Source: Alkalispirochaeta sp. (GTDB taxonomy: Bacteria > Spirochaetota > Spirochaetia > DSM-27196 > Alkalispirochaetaceae). From it: 64,000 nucleotides of DNA. The notes under the pieces are model-generated. The model was given only the letters and a program-made list of their open reading frames with translations. It was not told the DNA's origin and ran no database searches. The stretch's first letter is position 1. Each line of letters opens with the position of its first letter. Location of the stretch: positions 160,001-224,000 of the forward strand of contig CBDESZ010000004.1 in assembly GCA_965242725.1 (NCBI GenBank), given 5' to 3'. Position numbers and translations under genes: made by a program. Positions 1 through 8,838 of the stretch are shown piece after piece.

Positions 1-2
1 AC

Positions 3-500
3 AACGACTTTGAAGACCTTGAATTCTGGTATCCCACAATGCGGCTGCAGGAGGCGGGGTACACGGTGGATGTCGTCGGAGAACGAACGGGGGAACGCTA
101 CACCGGAAAGTACGGCGTTCCCGCCGTTGCAACCCACGGATTTGGTGACTTGAACGCCGCCGACTACGATGGTGTCCTCGTTCCCGGAGGGTGGGCCCCC
201 GACAAGATCCGTCGATTCGACGCCGTCCTCACCTTTGTCCGGGAGATGAACGGCGCGGGCAAGGTGATCGGCCAGATCTGCCACGCCGGATGGGTGCTGA
301 TCTCCGCGGGAATCCTGCAGGGGAAAACGGTAACGAGCACGCCCGGGATCAGGGACGACATGACCAACGCCGGCGCCACCTGGGTGGACAAGGCGGTCGT
401 CATTGACGGGAATATCGTGAGCAGCCGACGCCCCCCGGATTTGCCGGAGTACGGAAAAGCGTTGCTGGAGGTATTGGGCCGGTCTGGAGGCTCACGGTAA
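3..500 (+). CDS. PfpI/DJ-1 family (type 1 glutamine amidotransferase-like) protease/deglycase, 5'-truncated by window edge
   Basis: Frame open from base 3 (NDFEDLEFWYP...); motifs VPGGWAPD, ICHAGW, SSRRPPDLP typical of PfpI family. Confidence 0.9.
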   Translation, partial: NDFEDLEFWYPTMRLQEAGYTVDVVGERTGERYTGKYGVPAVATHGFGDLNAADYDGVLVPGGWAPDKIRRFDAVLTFVREMNGAGKVIGQICHAGWVLISAGILQGKTVTSTPGIRDDMTNAGATWVDKAVVIDGNIVSSRRPPDLPEYGKALLEVLGRSGGSR

Positions 501-536
501 CGCCCCGTATCAACATAGACCGCGGCGAGGATTGAA

Positions 537-932
537 ATGAAAAAACGGTACAAGGTTCTGCTGTTCATTCTTGTTCTTCTCGTCGGAGCTGTCGCGGTCG
601 GCGGCGTCCTGATCGCCCGGGCGACGCAAAGGTTTGAAACCTATTTGTCCACAGTCGAAATCACTCCGGTCGATCTCGGCAATGTGTCCGACGGCACCTA
701 CCACGCCAGGGTCGACACCGGGGTCATTCTCGTCGAGCTCCAGGCGGTGGTAATGGACCACGCACTCCGGGACATCACACTGCTGAAGCATCGCAACGGG
801 CAGGGTACGGCGGCGGAGGCGATCATTCCCCGTATTCTTCGGGAACAGCGCATTGATGTGGACACCGTAGCGGGAGCAACCTACAGCAGCCTGGTCATAC
901 AGGATGCGTTGGGCCGGGCGTTGAACGAATAA
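537..932 (+). CDS. Membrane-anchored FMN-binding domain protein
   Basis: N-terminal TM helix; C-terminal DTVAGATYSS resembles the flavinylation motif (DxxxGAT) of FMN_bind domains. Confidence 0.8.
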   Translation: MKKRYKVLLFILVLLVGAVAVGGVLIARATQRFETYLSTVEITPVDLGNVSDGTYHARVDTGVILVELQAVVMDHALRDITLLKHRNGQGTAAEAIIPRILREQRIDVDTVAGATYSSLVIQDALGRALNE

Positions 933-958
933 CGTTCCGGTCGCCCGGTATTGCCCCT

Positions 959-1408
959 CTATGACTCAAGGGGAAAACAAATCTCCGTCTGCAGTTGTTC
1001 TTCCGGCACCTCATCCGGGCTGTTGAGATAGAGCTCATACATCCACGGTGTCACCTTGAGGCCGTTTTTCTCGATGTGAGTCATCACGGGAGTGTAGGTC
1101 TTCTCAAGGGTCGCGTAGGATCCGGTATGAATCGCCGAGAGAACCCTGCCGCCCGGTATCGCTCCGCCCTCGATTCGTCCTTCCCCGGTCACCGCTCTAT
1201 CAACGGGGAAACCCGCTTCGATTTGCAGCGCTTCCATATCGGCGTTGCGGTACAACACGAAGGGAGGTCCCGTCATCGAAAGTTCGCTCTTCTGAAGATA
1301 CCCCATGAGTTCTCCGTAGATACCGCCCAGCACGGCGGGCAGCTCCCGGACGGACGTCGTGGTTTTTACGACGATTGTCTTCCTCTCGGGCATTTCCTTG
1401 ATTTCCAT
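959..1408 (-). CDS. GyrI-like small-molecule-binding protein
   Basis: HTGSY, YELYLNSPDEVPEEQLQTEICFP motifs; SD AAGGAG upstream. Confidence 0.85.
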   Translation of the reverse strand: MEIKEMPERKTIVVKTTTSVRELPAVLGGIYGELMGYLQKSELSMTGPPFVLYRNADMEALQIEAGFPVDRAVTGEGRIEGGAIPGGRVLSAIHTGSYATLEKTYTPVMTHIEKNGLKVTPWMYELYLNSPDEVPEEQLQTEICFPLES

Positions 1409-1453
1409 CGTTCAGCTCCTTGATAACAAGATAGCCGAGGATATCAGAAGAAA

Positions 1454-1473
1454 TACGACAACAGCGTGTCATA
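1454..1473. promoter_or_regulatory. Palindromic operator TACGACA-N6-TGTCATA, putative binding site of the adjacent WYL regulator
   Basis: Imperfect inverted repeat between the WYL stop and the GyrI-like start, just upstream of a minus-strand TGA-TATCCT extended -10. Confidence 0.6.
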
Positions 1474-1474
1474 G

Positions 1475-2419
1475 TCATTGCGGGGAGGCATACATTTTTA
1501 CGATATTCCGGGCTCCGTCGGCGATAACGGCACGCAAACGGGACGGACTGACAACCTCCACAAAGGCGCCAAAGGAAAGGATATACCCGTAGAGCCATCC
1601 GTCCTCGGGCATCCGGGTATGGACAATGGCGCTGCCGTCGTCCTGCCGTTCCCACGAGTCGGCGGGGTAAAACTCCTCTACAAGGGAGGTCATGGGAGGC
1701 AGAAAGCGGAGCACAAGGTCTATAGCGGTTTCGGCGTTTGGTGATTCCGTCTCGGTCACAAATTGCTCAAAGGAGCGATCTCTCGGGACGAATCGTTCCG
1801 GAAGGAGCGCTGCGTTTTTGATGCGGGAGATGCGGAAGAGACGGTATCCTTCCCTGAGGCGGCAGTAGCCGTAGAGATACCATGACCGCCACCTGAAGAC
1901 GATGGTCATCGGTTCCACCACGCGGGAGATGTTCTCCAGTTTGTTGTTTGTATAGGAGAAGCTGAGAAGACGCTCCCGGTCCACCGCCGTTCTCACCGTC
2001 TGGAAGGTTTCGCGATGGCGGGGATCACCACCGAGCATACTGAAATCGATGAAGAGCTTCCGGGATTTGCCGGCGAGAACATCGAGCCCACGGTCGGGAA
2101 GGAGGGTTCGTACCTTTTCAAGGGTCAGGTCGATCCCCTCGTCCGGTAATGATGATCCGATACTCTCAAGGGCGGTGATGATGTAGTAGAAATCCTCCGC
2201 CGACATGAGCTGCCGGTCCATCTTGAAGGAGTCGACGATTCCGTATCCTCCGCCCGAACCCTGGACGGCGTATATGGGAATCCCCGCCAGTTCTATCGCC
2301 TCCAGGTCGCGCTGAATCGTCCGGGCGGAAACGTGAAAGCGCTCGGCCATTTCCCGTGCCGAAGCGCGCTCCCGATTGAGCAAATAGATCACGATGGAAA
2401 GGAGGCGGTCGGTTTTCAT
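1475..2419 (-). CDS. YafY/PafBC-like HTH-WYL transcriptional regulator
   Basis: N-terminal HTH_11 (RTIQRDLEAI...GGGY); WYL domain (VEPMTIVFRWRSWYLYGYC...FRISRI). Confidence 0.92.
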   Translation of the reverse strand: MKTDRLLSIVIYLLNRERASAREMAERFHVSARTIQRDLEAIELAGIPIYAVQGSGGGYGIVDSFKMDRQLMSAEDFYYIITALESIGSSLPDEGIDLTLEKVRTLLPDRGLDVLAGKSRKLFIDFSMLGGDPRHRETFQTVRTAVDRERLLSFSYTNNKLENISRVVEPMTIVFRWRSWYLYGYCRLREGYRLFRISRIKNAALLPERFVPRDRSFEQFVTETESPNAETAIDLVLRFLPPMTSLVEEFYPADSWERQDDGSAIVHTRMPEDGWLYGYILSFGAFVEVVSPSRLRAVIADGARNIVKMYASPQ

Positions 2420-2428
2420 GGTCCGGGT

Positions 2429-4345
2429 CTACGGCGCCTCCAGCATGAGCGGCTCCCCTTCGACCGCCTTCAATCTGAAGAACGAAATTGAATGCCGCAG
2501 GTGCTCAGCCTGGCCTGAAAGCTCTTCCGACATTGAGGCGACTTCCTCCGAAGATGCGGCGGTCTGCTGCACCATCTGGTCGAGCTGGGAGAGGGCGGAA
2601 TTGATCTGGTCCGCACCGGCGTGCTGTTCGCCGCTTGAGGCATTTATTTCCTGGACGAGGTCCGCGGTTTTCCGTATTTCCGGGACGATCGCGAGGATCA
2701 TTTCTCCTGCATGTTGTGCGACGGCTACGCTGTTACGTGAAAGCTCCGCGATTTCGCCGGCCGCCTGCTGACTCCGCTCCGCCAGTTTGCGTACTTCAGA
2801 GGCGACAACGGCAAAACCCCGTCCCTCCTCACCGGCCCGTGCCGCTTCTATCGCCGCGTTGAGGGCGAGGAGGTTGGTGTTCCGGGCGATATCCTCAATT
2901 ATTGAGATTTTTTCGGCAATTTGACGCATGGCACTCACCGTTTCGTCCACGGCCCTACCGCCCTTTTCCGCATGTTCCGCGACGTGAATGGCGATCTTTT
3001 CCGTTGCCTGTGCATTGTCGGCGTTCTGTTTTATGCTGGAACCCATTTCCTCCATGGAGGCGGATACCTCTTCCGTCGATGCCGCCTGTTCCGTTGCGCT
3101 CTGGGACAACTCCTGTGCGGCGGAACTCAATTGTTCACTACCGGCGCGGACGCTCTCTGCGGCGACCTTGACGTCGCCGACTATCGCGACCAGTTTGTCC
3201 TGCATTCCTTTCACTGCCTGTGCAAGCTGTCCCGTTTCGTCTTTCCGGTCGATCGTAATCGTCGAACTCAGATCGCCCCGCGCAACGACGCCAACCGAGG
3301 CAATGACGTTTCGAATAGGCCCGACGATGCTGCGGGTCATGAGCGGTGTTATCACAATTCCTGCGATGAGTGCGACGAGTCCGATCAGGACAACCATTCG
3401 TCGGGTCTGCTCAGCAAGGGATAGCATGACGTCGTCGGTCATGATATGTGCCGCCGCCGTCGAGGTAATCTCCTGAAGGAGCAACTGTACCTCGCCGAGG
3501 GCGATTCTTGTATCCTGAGCGTAGATTCGTTCCGCCTCGTCGATGTGCGCGAGCAGACCATCGTGCCAGTCAATGAGCCCCTTGAGCGCGCCGAGGGTGG
3601 TCGCGGCGTAAACGGTTGTCTCGTCGTTGAAGAGACGCTCTACCCCCGACGTATCCCCGATATTTCTCAACGCGATGATATCTGCCGCCGACTGGTGGAG
3701 CGCTGCATGGGGCGTATAAATCGGCGAAAGGGCGCGGTCAAAATCACGATCGACACGTCGTCGGTTCTCGGTCTCTTCCGCATACAGCCACGATCCGAGA
3801 CTGCATTGGGTGTGATCGAGAATGATATCCGTTCCGGAGTAGTCGGCGTCTATGAGGAGCATTGCAACGTTGTTTTTCCATTCCAGATGATCCACTTGTT
3901 TCTCCCGGAGGAACGACCCGAGGGATGGATCGGCGTCTACATAGAAATCGTCTATGCGAATTGCCGAATCGTGAAGGCGCGTGTGGGGATCCTCGATTGC
4001 GGCGAGGGGAACGGCAAGTTGCGGAACCATGCGTTCCGCCTCGATGCGGGCATCGCCATAATACCACCGACCGAAGGTGCACCGCCGCGGATCGGTTTCC
4101 ACGGTCAACTCGTGAATCGTCGCGTCCGTGAAGAGGGCACTTACATCGCCGGCCCAGTTCAGGTGGTCAACCTCACGCTGGACGATATTTGCATGCAGTT
4201 CATTTCCGTGAATGACCTCCTGGGCATTTCCGACGATCCCCCGGACTCCGAATACGGACCAGGCAACAACGACGACCTGCAGTGCTAGAACCGCACCAAA
4301 CCCAATCGACAATTTGGTCCTGAGACCAAAGTCCTTCCAACGCAT
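2429..4345 (-). CDS. Methyl-accepting chemotaxis protein with two CZB (zinc-binding) domains
   Basis: Start at 4345 after GGAGG; TM1, two CZB repeats (DHxxW...CxxGxW...HxxLH), TM2, HAMP, MCP signalling domain ([16 protein letters not shown]). Confidence 0.92.
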   Translation of the reverse strand: MRWKDFGLRTKLSIGFGAVLALQVVVVAWSVFGVRGIVGNAQEVIHGNELHANIVQREVDHLNWAGDVSALFTDATIHELTVETDPRRCTFGRWYYGDARIEAERMVPQLAVPLAAIEDPHTRLHDSAIRIDDFYVDADPSLGSFLREKQVDHLEWKNNVAMLLIDADYSGTDIILDHTQCSLGSWLYAEETENRRRVDRDFDRALSPIYTPHAALHQSAADIIALRNIGDTSGVERLFNDETTVYAATTLGALKGLIDWHDGLLAHIDEAERIYAQDTRIALGEVQLLLQEITSTAAAHIMTDDVMLSLAEQTRRMVVLIGLVALIAGIVITPLMTRSIVGPIRNVIASVGVVARGDLSSTITIDRKDETGQLAQAVKGMQDKLVAIVGDVKVAAESVRAGSEQLSSAAQELSQSATEQAASTEEVSASMEEMGSSIKQNADNAQATEKIAIHVAEHAEKGGRAVDETVSAMRQIAEKISIIEDIARNTNLLALNAAIEAARAGEEGRGFAVVASEVRKLAERSQQAAGEIAELSRNSVAVAQHAGEMILAIVPEIRKTADLVQEINASSGEQHAGADQINSALSQLDQMVQQTAASSEEVASMSEELSGQAEHLRHSISFFRLKAVEGEPLMLEAP

Positions 4346-4579
4346 TCCAAACCTCCGTCCCGGCGTCCAGGCAATAAAAAAATATCGATTTAAACGTTGC
4401 GGAATGGTACCACCGTAATGATCCACGGGCAATTCATTTTTCTTTTGACAGTCGATCGTCCTGCCCTTTCTACGGATCGAAAAAGAGCTTTCCATGAGTC
4501 TCCCTGTCGTGTATAATGTCATTACAAAAGTACAAATAGATAGGACAACGGATCAGGCAGAAGCCTGAAAGGTGTGAGT

Positions 4580-5335
4580 ATGGCGACAAACCGGAGAATC
4601 AATAAAAACATTCCGATCCCCATGTACTATCAATTAAAAGAGATCCTTCTCGATATGATTGACGACCGGGAGGTGGGTGATCCGCTCCCGACGGAAAAAG
4701 AGTTGTGCGAACAGTACGATGTCAGTCGGACGACCGTTCGCCAGGCCCTTCAGGATCTCGTGGTGGAGGGATATCTCAACCGGATGAAAGGGAAGGGAAC
4801 ATTCGTCGCCGAACCGAAAATCAGTCAGGACTTTCTCATTGTGCTGGAGAGTTTTGAGAAAGAAATGCGTTCAAAAGGGCTCTCACCGAGCACGCAGGTT
4901 CTTGAGTTTGGAAAAAGTGAATCGACAAGCCGCATTGCCACGCAGTTGCGACTTTCCGTGAGTACGGATGTCTACTTTTTACAGCGACTGCGTTTTGCAG
5001 ACAATGAACCGATCGTTGTGGTCAATACCTATCTTCCCATCGGACTGCTGCCGGGGCTGGAGGATCACGACCTGGCGGCCGAGTCCCTGTACAGTGTGAT
5101 TGAAAATGGTTACGGCTATAAAATAGCCAGGGCGCGGCGTAGTCTGGAAGCGGTTGCGGCGGAAGACTGGGTTGCACGACTGCTCTCCCTTCGAGCCGGT
5201 GCACCGGTACAGTACATTGAGACGGTTACTGAACTTGTCGACGGGACGCCGGTAGAATATTCAAACGCCTGGTACCGGGGTGACCGAAACAAGTTCGCCT
5301 TCGAGCTGGTTGCTCCTTCGGGAAGTCTGAGTTGA
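4580..5335 (+). CDS. GntR (HutC/UTRA) family transcriptional regulator
   Basis: LPTEKELCEQYDVSRTTVRQAL HTH; C-terminal UTRA domain; alternative GTG start at 4574. Confidence 0.92.
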   Translation: MATNRRINKNIPIPMYYQLKEILLDMIDDREVGDPLPTEKELCEQYDVSRTTVRQALQDLVVEGYLNRMKGKGTFVAEPKISQDFLIVLESFEKEMRSKGLSPSTQVLEFGKSESTSRIATQLRLSVSTDVYFLQRLRFADNEPIVVVNTYLPIGLLPGLEDHDLAAESLYSVIENGYGYKIARARRSLEAVAAEDWVARLLSLRAGAPVQYIETVTELVDGTPVEYSNAWYRGDRNKFAFELVAPSGSLS

Positions 5336-5371
5336 TTCTCCGTACCGTCCTCCGCACCCCGTCCCCCCCGG

Positions 5372-5800
5372 TCAGGGAGTAATGACTACCTTGATCGGAT
5401 CATCCTCGCGGTCTAGAACCATGCGCATCGCCTCGTCGATCTTTTCAAGCGGCAGGACGTGGGAAATGAGTGAATCACCGTCTATGCGGCCGTCGGCGAG
5501 GAGTTGCAGCATTTTCGGAAAGTAGAGCGCCGGCGCCGCGTGCGACGCCCGAAGCTGCAGTTTCCGAAAGTGAAAATCATTTGCGTCTATATGCAGCGCG
5601 GCGCCGGGCACATACTCAATTCCAATGTAGGAAATAATTCCTCCATAGTTCATCCGGGGGATCGCGTCGGAAATGGCGGAAACGGAGGCAGAGACCAGCG
5701 CTCTATCGACGCCGCCTGACCGAAAGGTAGTGGACGTGAGGGGTGTCTGAGATGTTGCAATGACCTCGTCGGCTCCCAGCAGTCGTGCCGCTTCCGTTCG
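5372..5800 (-). pseudogene. C-terminal remnant of a zinc-binding (MDR) dehydrogenase
   Basis: ARLLGADEVI...ISHVLPLEKIDEAM...IKVVITP is an MDR C-terminus; the N-terminal part and a credible start are absent. Confidence 0.7.
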
Positions 5801-5804
5801 GCGT

Positions 5805-6272
5805 CCCCGGGAGCGGGGTCTTGAACTCCCGGGGCGGACACTCGGCATTGTCGGCTGCGGTGCGGTTGGACAGGTTCTCGCCCGGCTCGGTCTCGGATTC
5901 GGCATGAATGTGATCGCCTTCGACCCATTCCCGGCGCAGGACTTCTTCCCCGGGGAGGGCTTCTCCTATTCAACGATGGATGAACTCCTCCTGCGGAGCG
6001 ACGTCATATCGCTGCACTGTCCTCCCCTGAAGGAGCGATTTGTCATAGGGAAGGACGAACTGAAGCGGGCAAAGCGGGGTGTCTTCCTGATCAATACGGC
6101 GCGGGGGTACGCCGTCGATGCCTATGCCACGGAACCACCGACGGACCGGAGGATCGTCAGTCATCCGGCGGTAATCTCGACCCCCCATATAGGAGGCAAT
6201 ACTGAAGAAAGCGTCGACAGGGCGATGGAAATCGCGGTGAAACAACTCCTTGAGGTGCTGGGGGAACGGTGA
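5805..6272 (+). pseudogene. Remnant of a D-isomer 2-hydroxyacid (phosphoglycerate-like) dehydrogenase
   Basis: GLELPGRTLGIVGCGAVG, SLHCP, INTARG, TPHIGG present; N-terminal domain missing; segment between INTARG and YAVDAY apparently deleted. Confidence 0.7.
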
Positions 6273-6273
6273 T

Positions 6274-7122
6274 ATGGTGATCGCACGGCGTCGAAAGTTG
6301 CAGGAGTGGTGGCATGAAGTGCGGCCGGAAAGAAATATTTCCCTGGCGTGGATCGGTCAGGCAGGTTTCTTGCTCCGTCTCGGCCAGGTGAAGGTTATCA
6401 TCGATCCCTATCTTTCCGATTCACTGGCAGAGAAGTACCGGGGCACCCATTTCCCCCATCGCCGCATGATGGAAGTACCCATTAAACCATCCCTTCTCAC
6501 CGGAACCGACCTCCTGTTGTGCACCCACGAACACACAGATCACCTTGACGGGGTCACGGTATCGGCAATCTGCGCCGCCAATTCCTCTCTGTCGGTTGTG
6601 GTACCGAGATTTTCCGCGTCAACCGCCATCGTGAGGGGTGTTCCGCCGGAGCGCCTTGTAACGATGGACGCCGGCGAAAGGTGGCGCTCTCCTCTGGGCG
6701 TGACCGTTGAAGCGATCCCCGCCGCCCATGAAACGGCCCCCTGCGACCGTTACGGAAACCATAAGTACCTCGGGTACCGCATGGAGCACGCCGGAACGGT
6801 GGTGTATCATTCGGGAGATACCGTACCCTTTGCCCCCCTTGAAGATCGTCTCGCCCGGGAAAACCGAATAGATCTCGCCCTGTTTCCGTCCAATGGACGT
6901 GACGAGGTGAGGACGCAGCACGGTATCCCCGGAAACATGACCGCCGAAGAGGCGATCGTCTACCACCGCCGATTTTCGGTCTCGCACACAATACTGCACC
7001 ATTTCGGTATGTTTGATTTCAACACCCGTGATCCGGAAGAGCTGGCGATGCTTATATCACGGGAATCTCTGAATGAAGAAGTGTTCGTACCGAAGATCGG
7101 GACCGTATACGAATTGCAATAA
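6274..7122 (+). CDS. MBL-fold metallo-hydrolase (UlaG-like)
   Basis: WIGQAGF, IDPYLS, THEHTDHLD, YHSGDT motifs. Confidence 0.85.
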   Translation: MVIARRRKLQEWWHEVRPERNISLAWIGQAGFLLRLGQVKVIIDPYLSDSLAEKYRGTHFPHRRMMEVPIKPSLLTGTDLLLCTHEHTDHLDGVTVSAICAANSSLSVVVPRFSASTAIVRGVPPERLVTMDAGERWRSPLGVTVEAIPAAHETAPCDRYGNHKYLGYRMEHAGTVVYHSGDTVPFAPLEDRLARENRIDLALFPSNGRDEVRTQHGIPGNMTAEEAIVYHRRFSVSHTILHHFGMFDFNTRDPEELAMLISRESLNEEVFVPKIGTVYELQ

Positions 7123-7153
7123 CCGGAGCAGGTCGGTTGGAAAGGAGACGCCT

Positions 7154-8071
7154 TTGAAAAGGGCACATATCACCGTTGTAGGCAGTAACATGGTCGATCT
7201 CATCACCTACGTCACACGTATGCCTGTGCGCGGGGAGACGATCGAAGCGCCTGAGTTCAGCATGGGCTTTGGCGGCAAGGGGGCAAATCAGGCAGTCGCC
7301 GCGGCAAAACTCGGCGCCGATGTACAGATGGTGACAAAAGTAGGGGATGATCTATTCGGTCCGAACACCCTTGAAAATTTCAAGCGCAACGGTATCGGAA
7401 CGGAATATGTCACCGTTGAACCGGGGTCCTCCAGCGGCGTCGCCCCGATATTTGTCGAGCCCGATTCAAGCAACAGCATACTCATCGTCAAGGGCGCAAA
7501 TGCGGCGCTCTCGCCGGAGGATATCGACAAGGCGATTCCCGTGATCAGGAAAAGTGACCTGGTTGTACTGCAGCTTGAAATACGCATGGAATGCGTTATT
7601 CATACGGTTGAACTGTGCAGGGAGCTTTCGGTACCGGTGCTTCTCAATCCGGCACCGGCGAGTCCGGACCTGCCACTCAACGCGGTGTCTGGCGTTGATT
7701 TTTTTGTACCGAACGAAACAGAACTGCAGCTCGTTACCGGTACGGACGTCGAGACTGTCGACGAATTTGCCGAGGCGGCCCGCTCGCTCGTTTCAAGGGG
7801 CATGAGAAATGTGATCGTCACCCTCGGAGCAAGAGGTGTGCTGGTCGTTACCGGTGAAGGGGTGAAACACATTCCTGCACACCCCGTAGACAGTATCGAT
7901 TCGACAGGTGCGGGAGACGCCTTTATCGGATGCTTTGCCGCGATCTACGGCGAAACCGGGGAGATGGAGCACGCCGTCAGAGCGGCAAACCGATATGCAG
8001 CGATTTCCACGACCAGAAGGGGAACACAGACCTCATTGGGTGGAAGAGACGATATCGCACCCGTTCCGTAG
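7154..8071 (+). CDS. deoK: PfkB-family ribokinase, deoxyribokinase (DeoK)-like
   Basis: TTG start after AAGGAG; GSNMVDLITY, GGKGANQA, SSGVAPIFV, DSTGAGDAFIG; the N-terminal signature resembles DeoK more than RbsK (from recall). Confidence 0.75.
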   Translation: MKRAHITVVGSNMVDLITYVTRMPVRGETIEAPEFSMGFGGKGANQAVAAAKLGADVQMVTKVGDDLFGPNTLENFKRNGIGTEYVTVEPGSSSGVAPIFVEPDSSNSILIVKGANAALSPEDIDKAIPVIRKSDLVVLQLEIRMECVIHTVELCRELSVPVLLNPAPASPDLPLNAVSGVDFFVPNETELQLVTGTDVETVDEFAEAARSLVSRGMRNVIVTLGARGVLVVTGEGVKHIPAHPVDSIDSTGAGDAFIGCFAAIYGETGEMEHAVRAANRYAAISTTRRGTQTSLGGRDDIAPVP

Positions 8072-8146
8072 AGTACTGCACGGTGGGAGTGCCCCGGCCC
8101 CGTTATGTCCACGACGATGCGGGGACAATTGTGTATTATTTCACTC

Positions 8147-8707
8147 ATGAAAACCCGGTATTACACCGCATCGAGTCTGGACGGGTACATCGCGACGGAA
8201 GACGACTCGCTGGAGTGGCTTTTTTCGTTGTCGGACCTTGGTGATTCCAGCTATCCCGAGTTTATTGCCGCCGTGGGGGCGCTGGTGATGGGTTCGTCCA
8301 CCTACCGGTGGCTTCTTGATAACGCCGCCGCGGTTGAGGCGGAGGCGGGTGCACCGTGGCCGTACACCCAGCCGACCTGGGTCTTTTCAACGCGGAAGCT
8401 TCCGGCAATTCCGGGGCATTCCGGTGCTGATGTTCGATTTGTGCGGGGTGACGTTGCCGACTTCTTTGGAGATATGCGTCGCGCCGCAGGCGACAGGGAT
8501 CTCTGGATCGTCGGAGGAGGTGACCTGGCGGGTCAGTTTTACGATGCCGGTCTGTTGGACGAAATCATCGTCCAGATCGGCTCGGTCACTCTGGGCGGCG
8601 GGAAGCCCCTCTTTCCGCGGCGCGTCCTCAGTCCGTCGTTACGGCTCTCTGATGTTCGTCCCATGGGGGAGGAGATGGTGGAACTCAGGTATTCCGTCGT
8701 GAAGTAA
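8147..8707 (+). CDS. Dihydrofolate reductase-like (RibD C-terminal) protein
   Basis: ASSLDGYIA, MGSSTY, WIVGGGDLAGQF, GGGKPLF motifs. Confidence 0.88.
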   Translation: MKTRYYTASSLDGYIATEDDSLEWLFSLSDLGDSSYPEFIAAVGALVMGSSTYRWLLDNAAAVEAEAGAPWPYTQPTWVFSTRKLPAIPGHSGADVRFVRGDVADFFGDMRRAAGDRDLWIVGGGDLAGQFYDAGLLDEIIVQIGSVTLGGGKPLFPRRVLSPSLRLSDVRPMGEEMVELRYSVVK

Positions 8708-8838
8708 TCAGAAGCCTGTTGATTTTCGCCATCAATTCCTTTCCGGAGAATCACATATTCATTTACAACACATCGTTGCGCCGTAACTCCCCCTGCGGTC
8801 GATAGATTCCGTGCCTCGATCAACAATCTTGTGAATAC

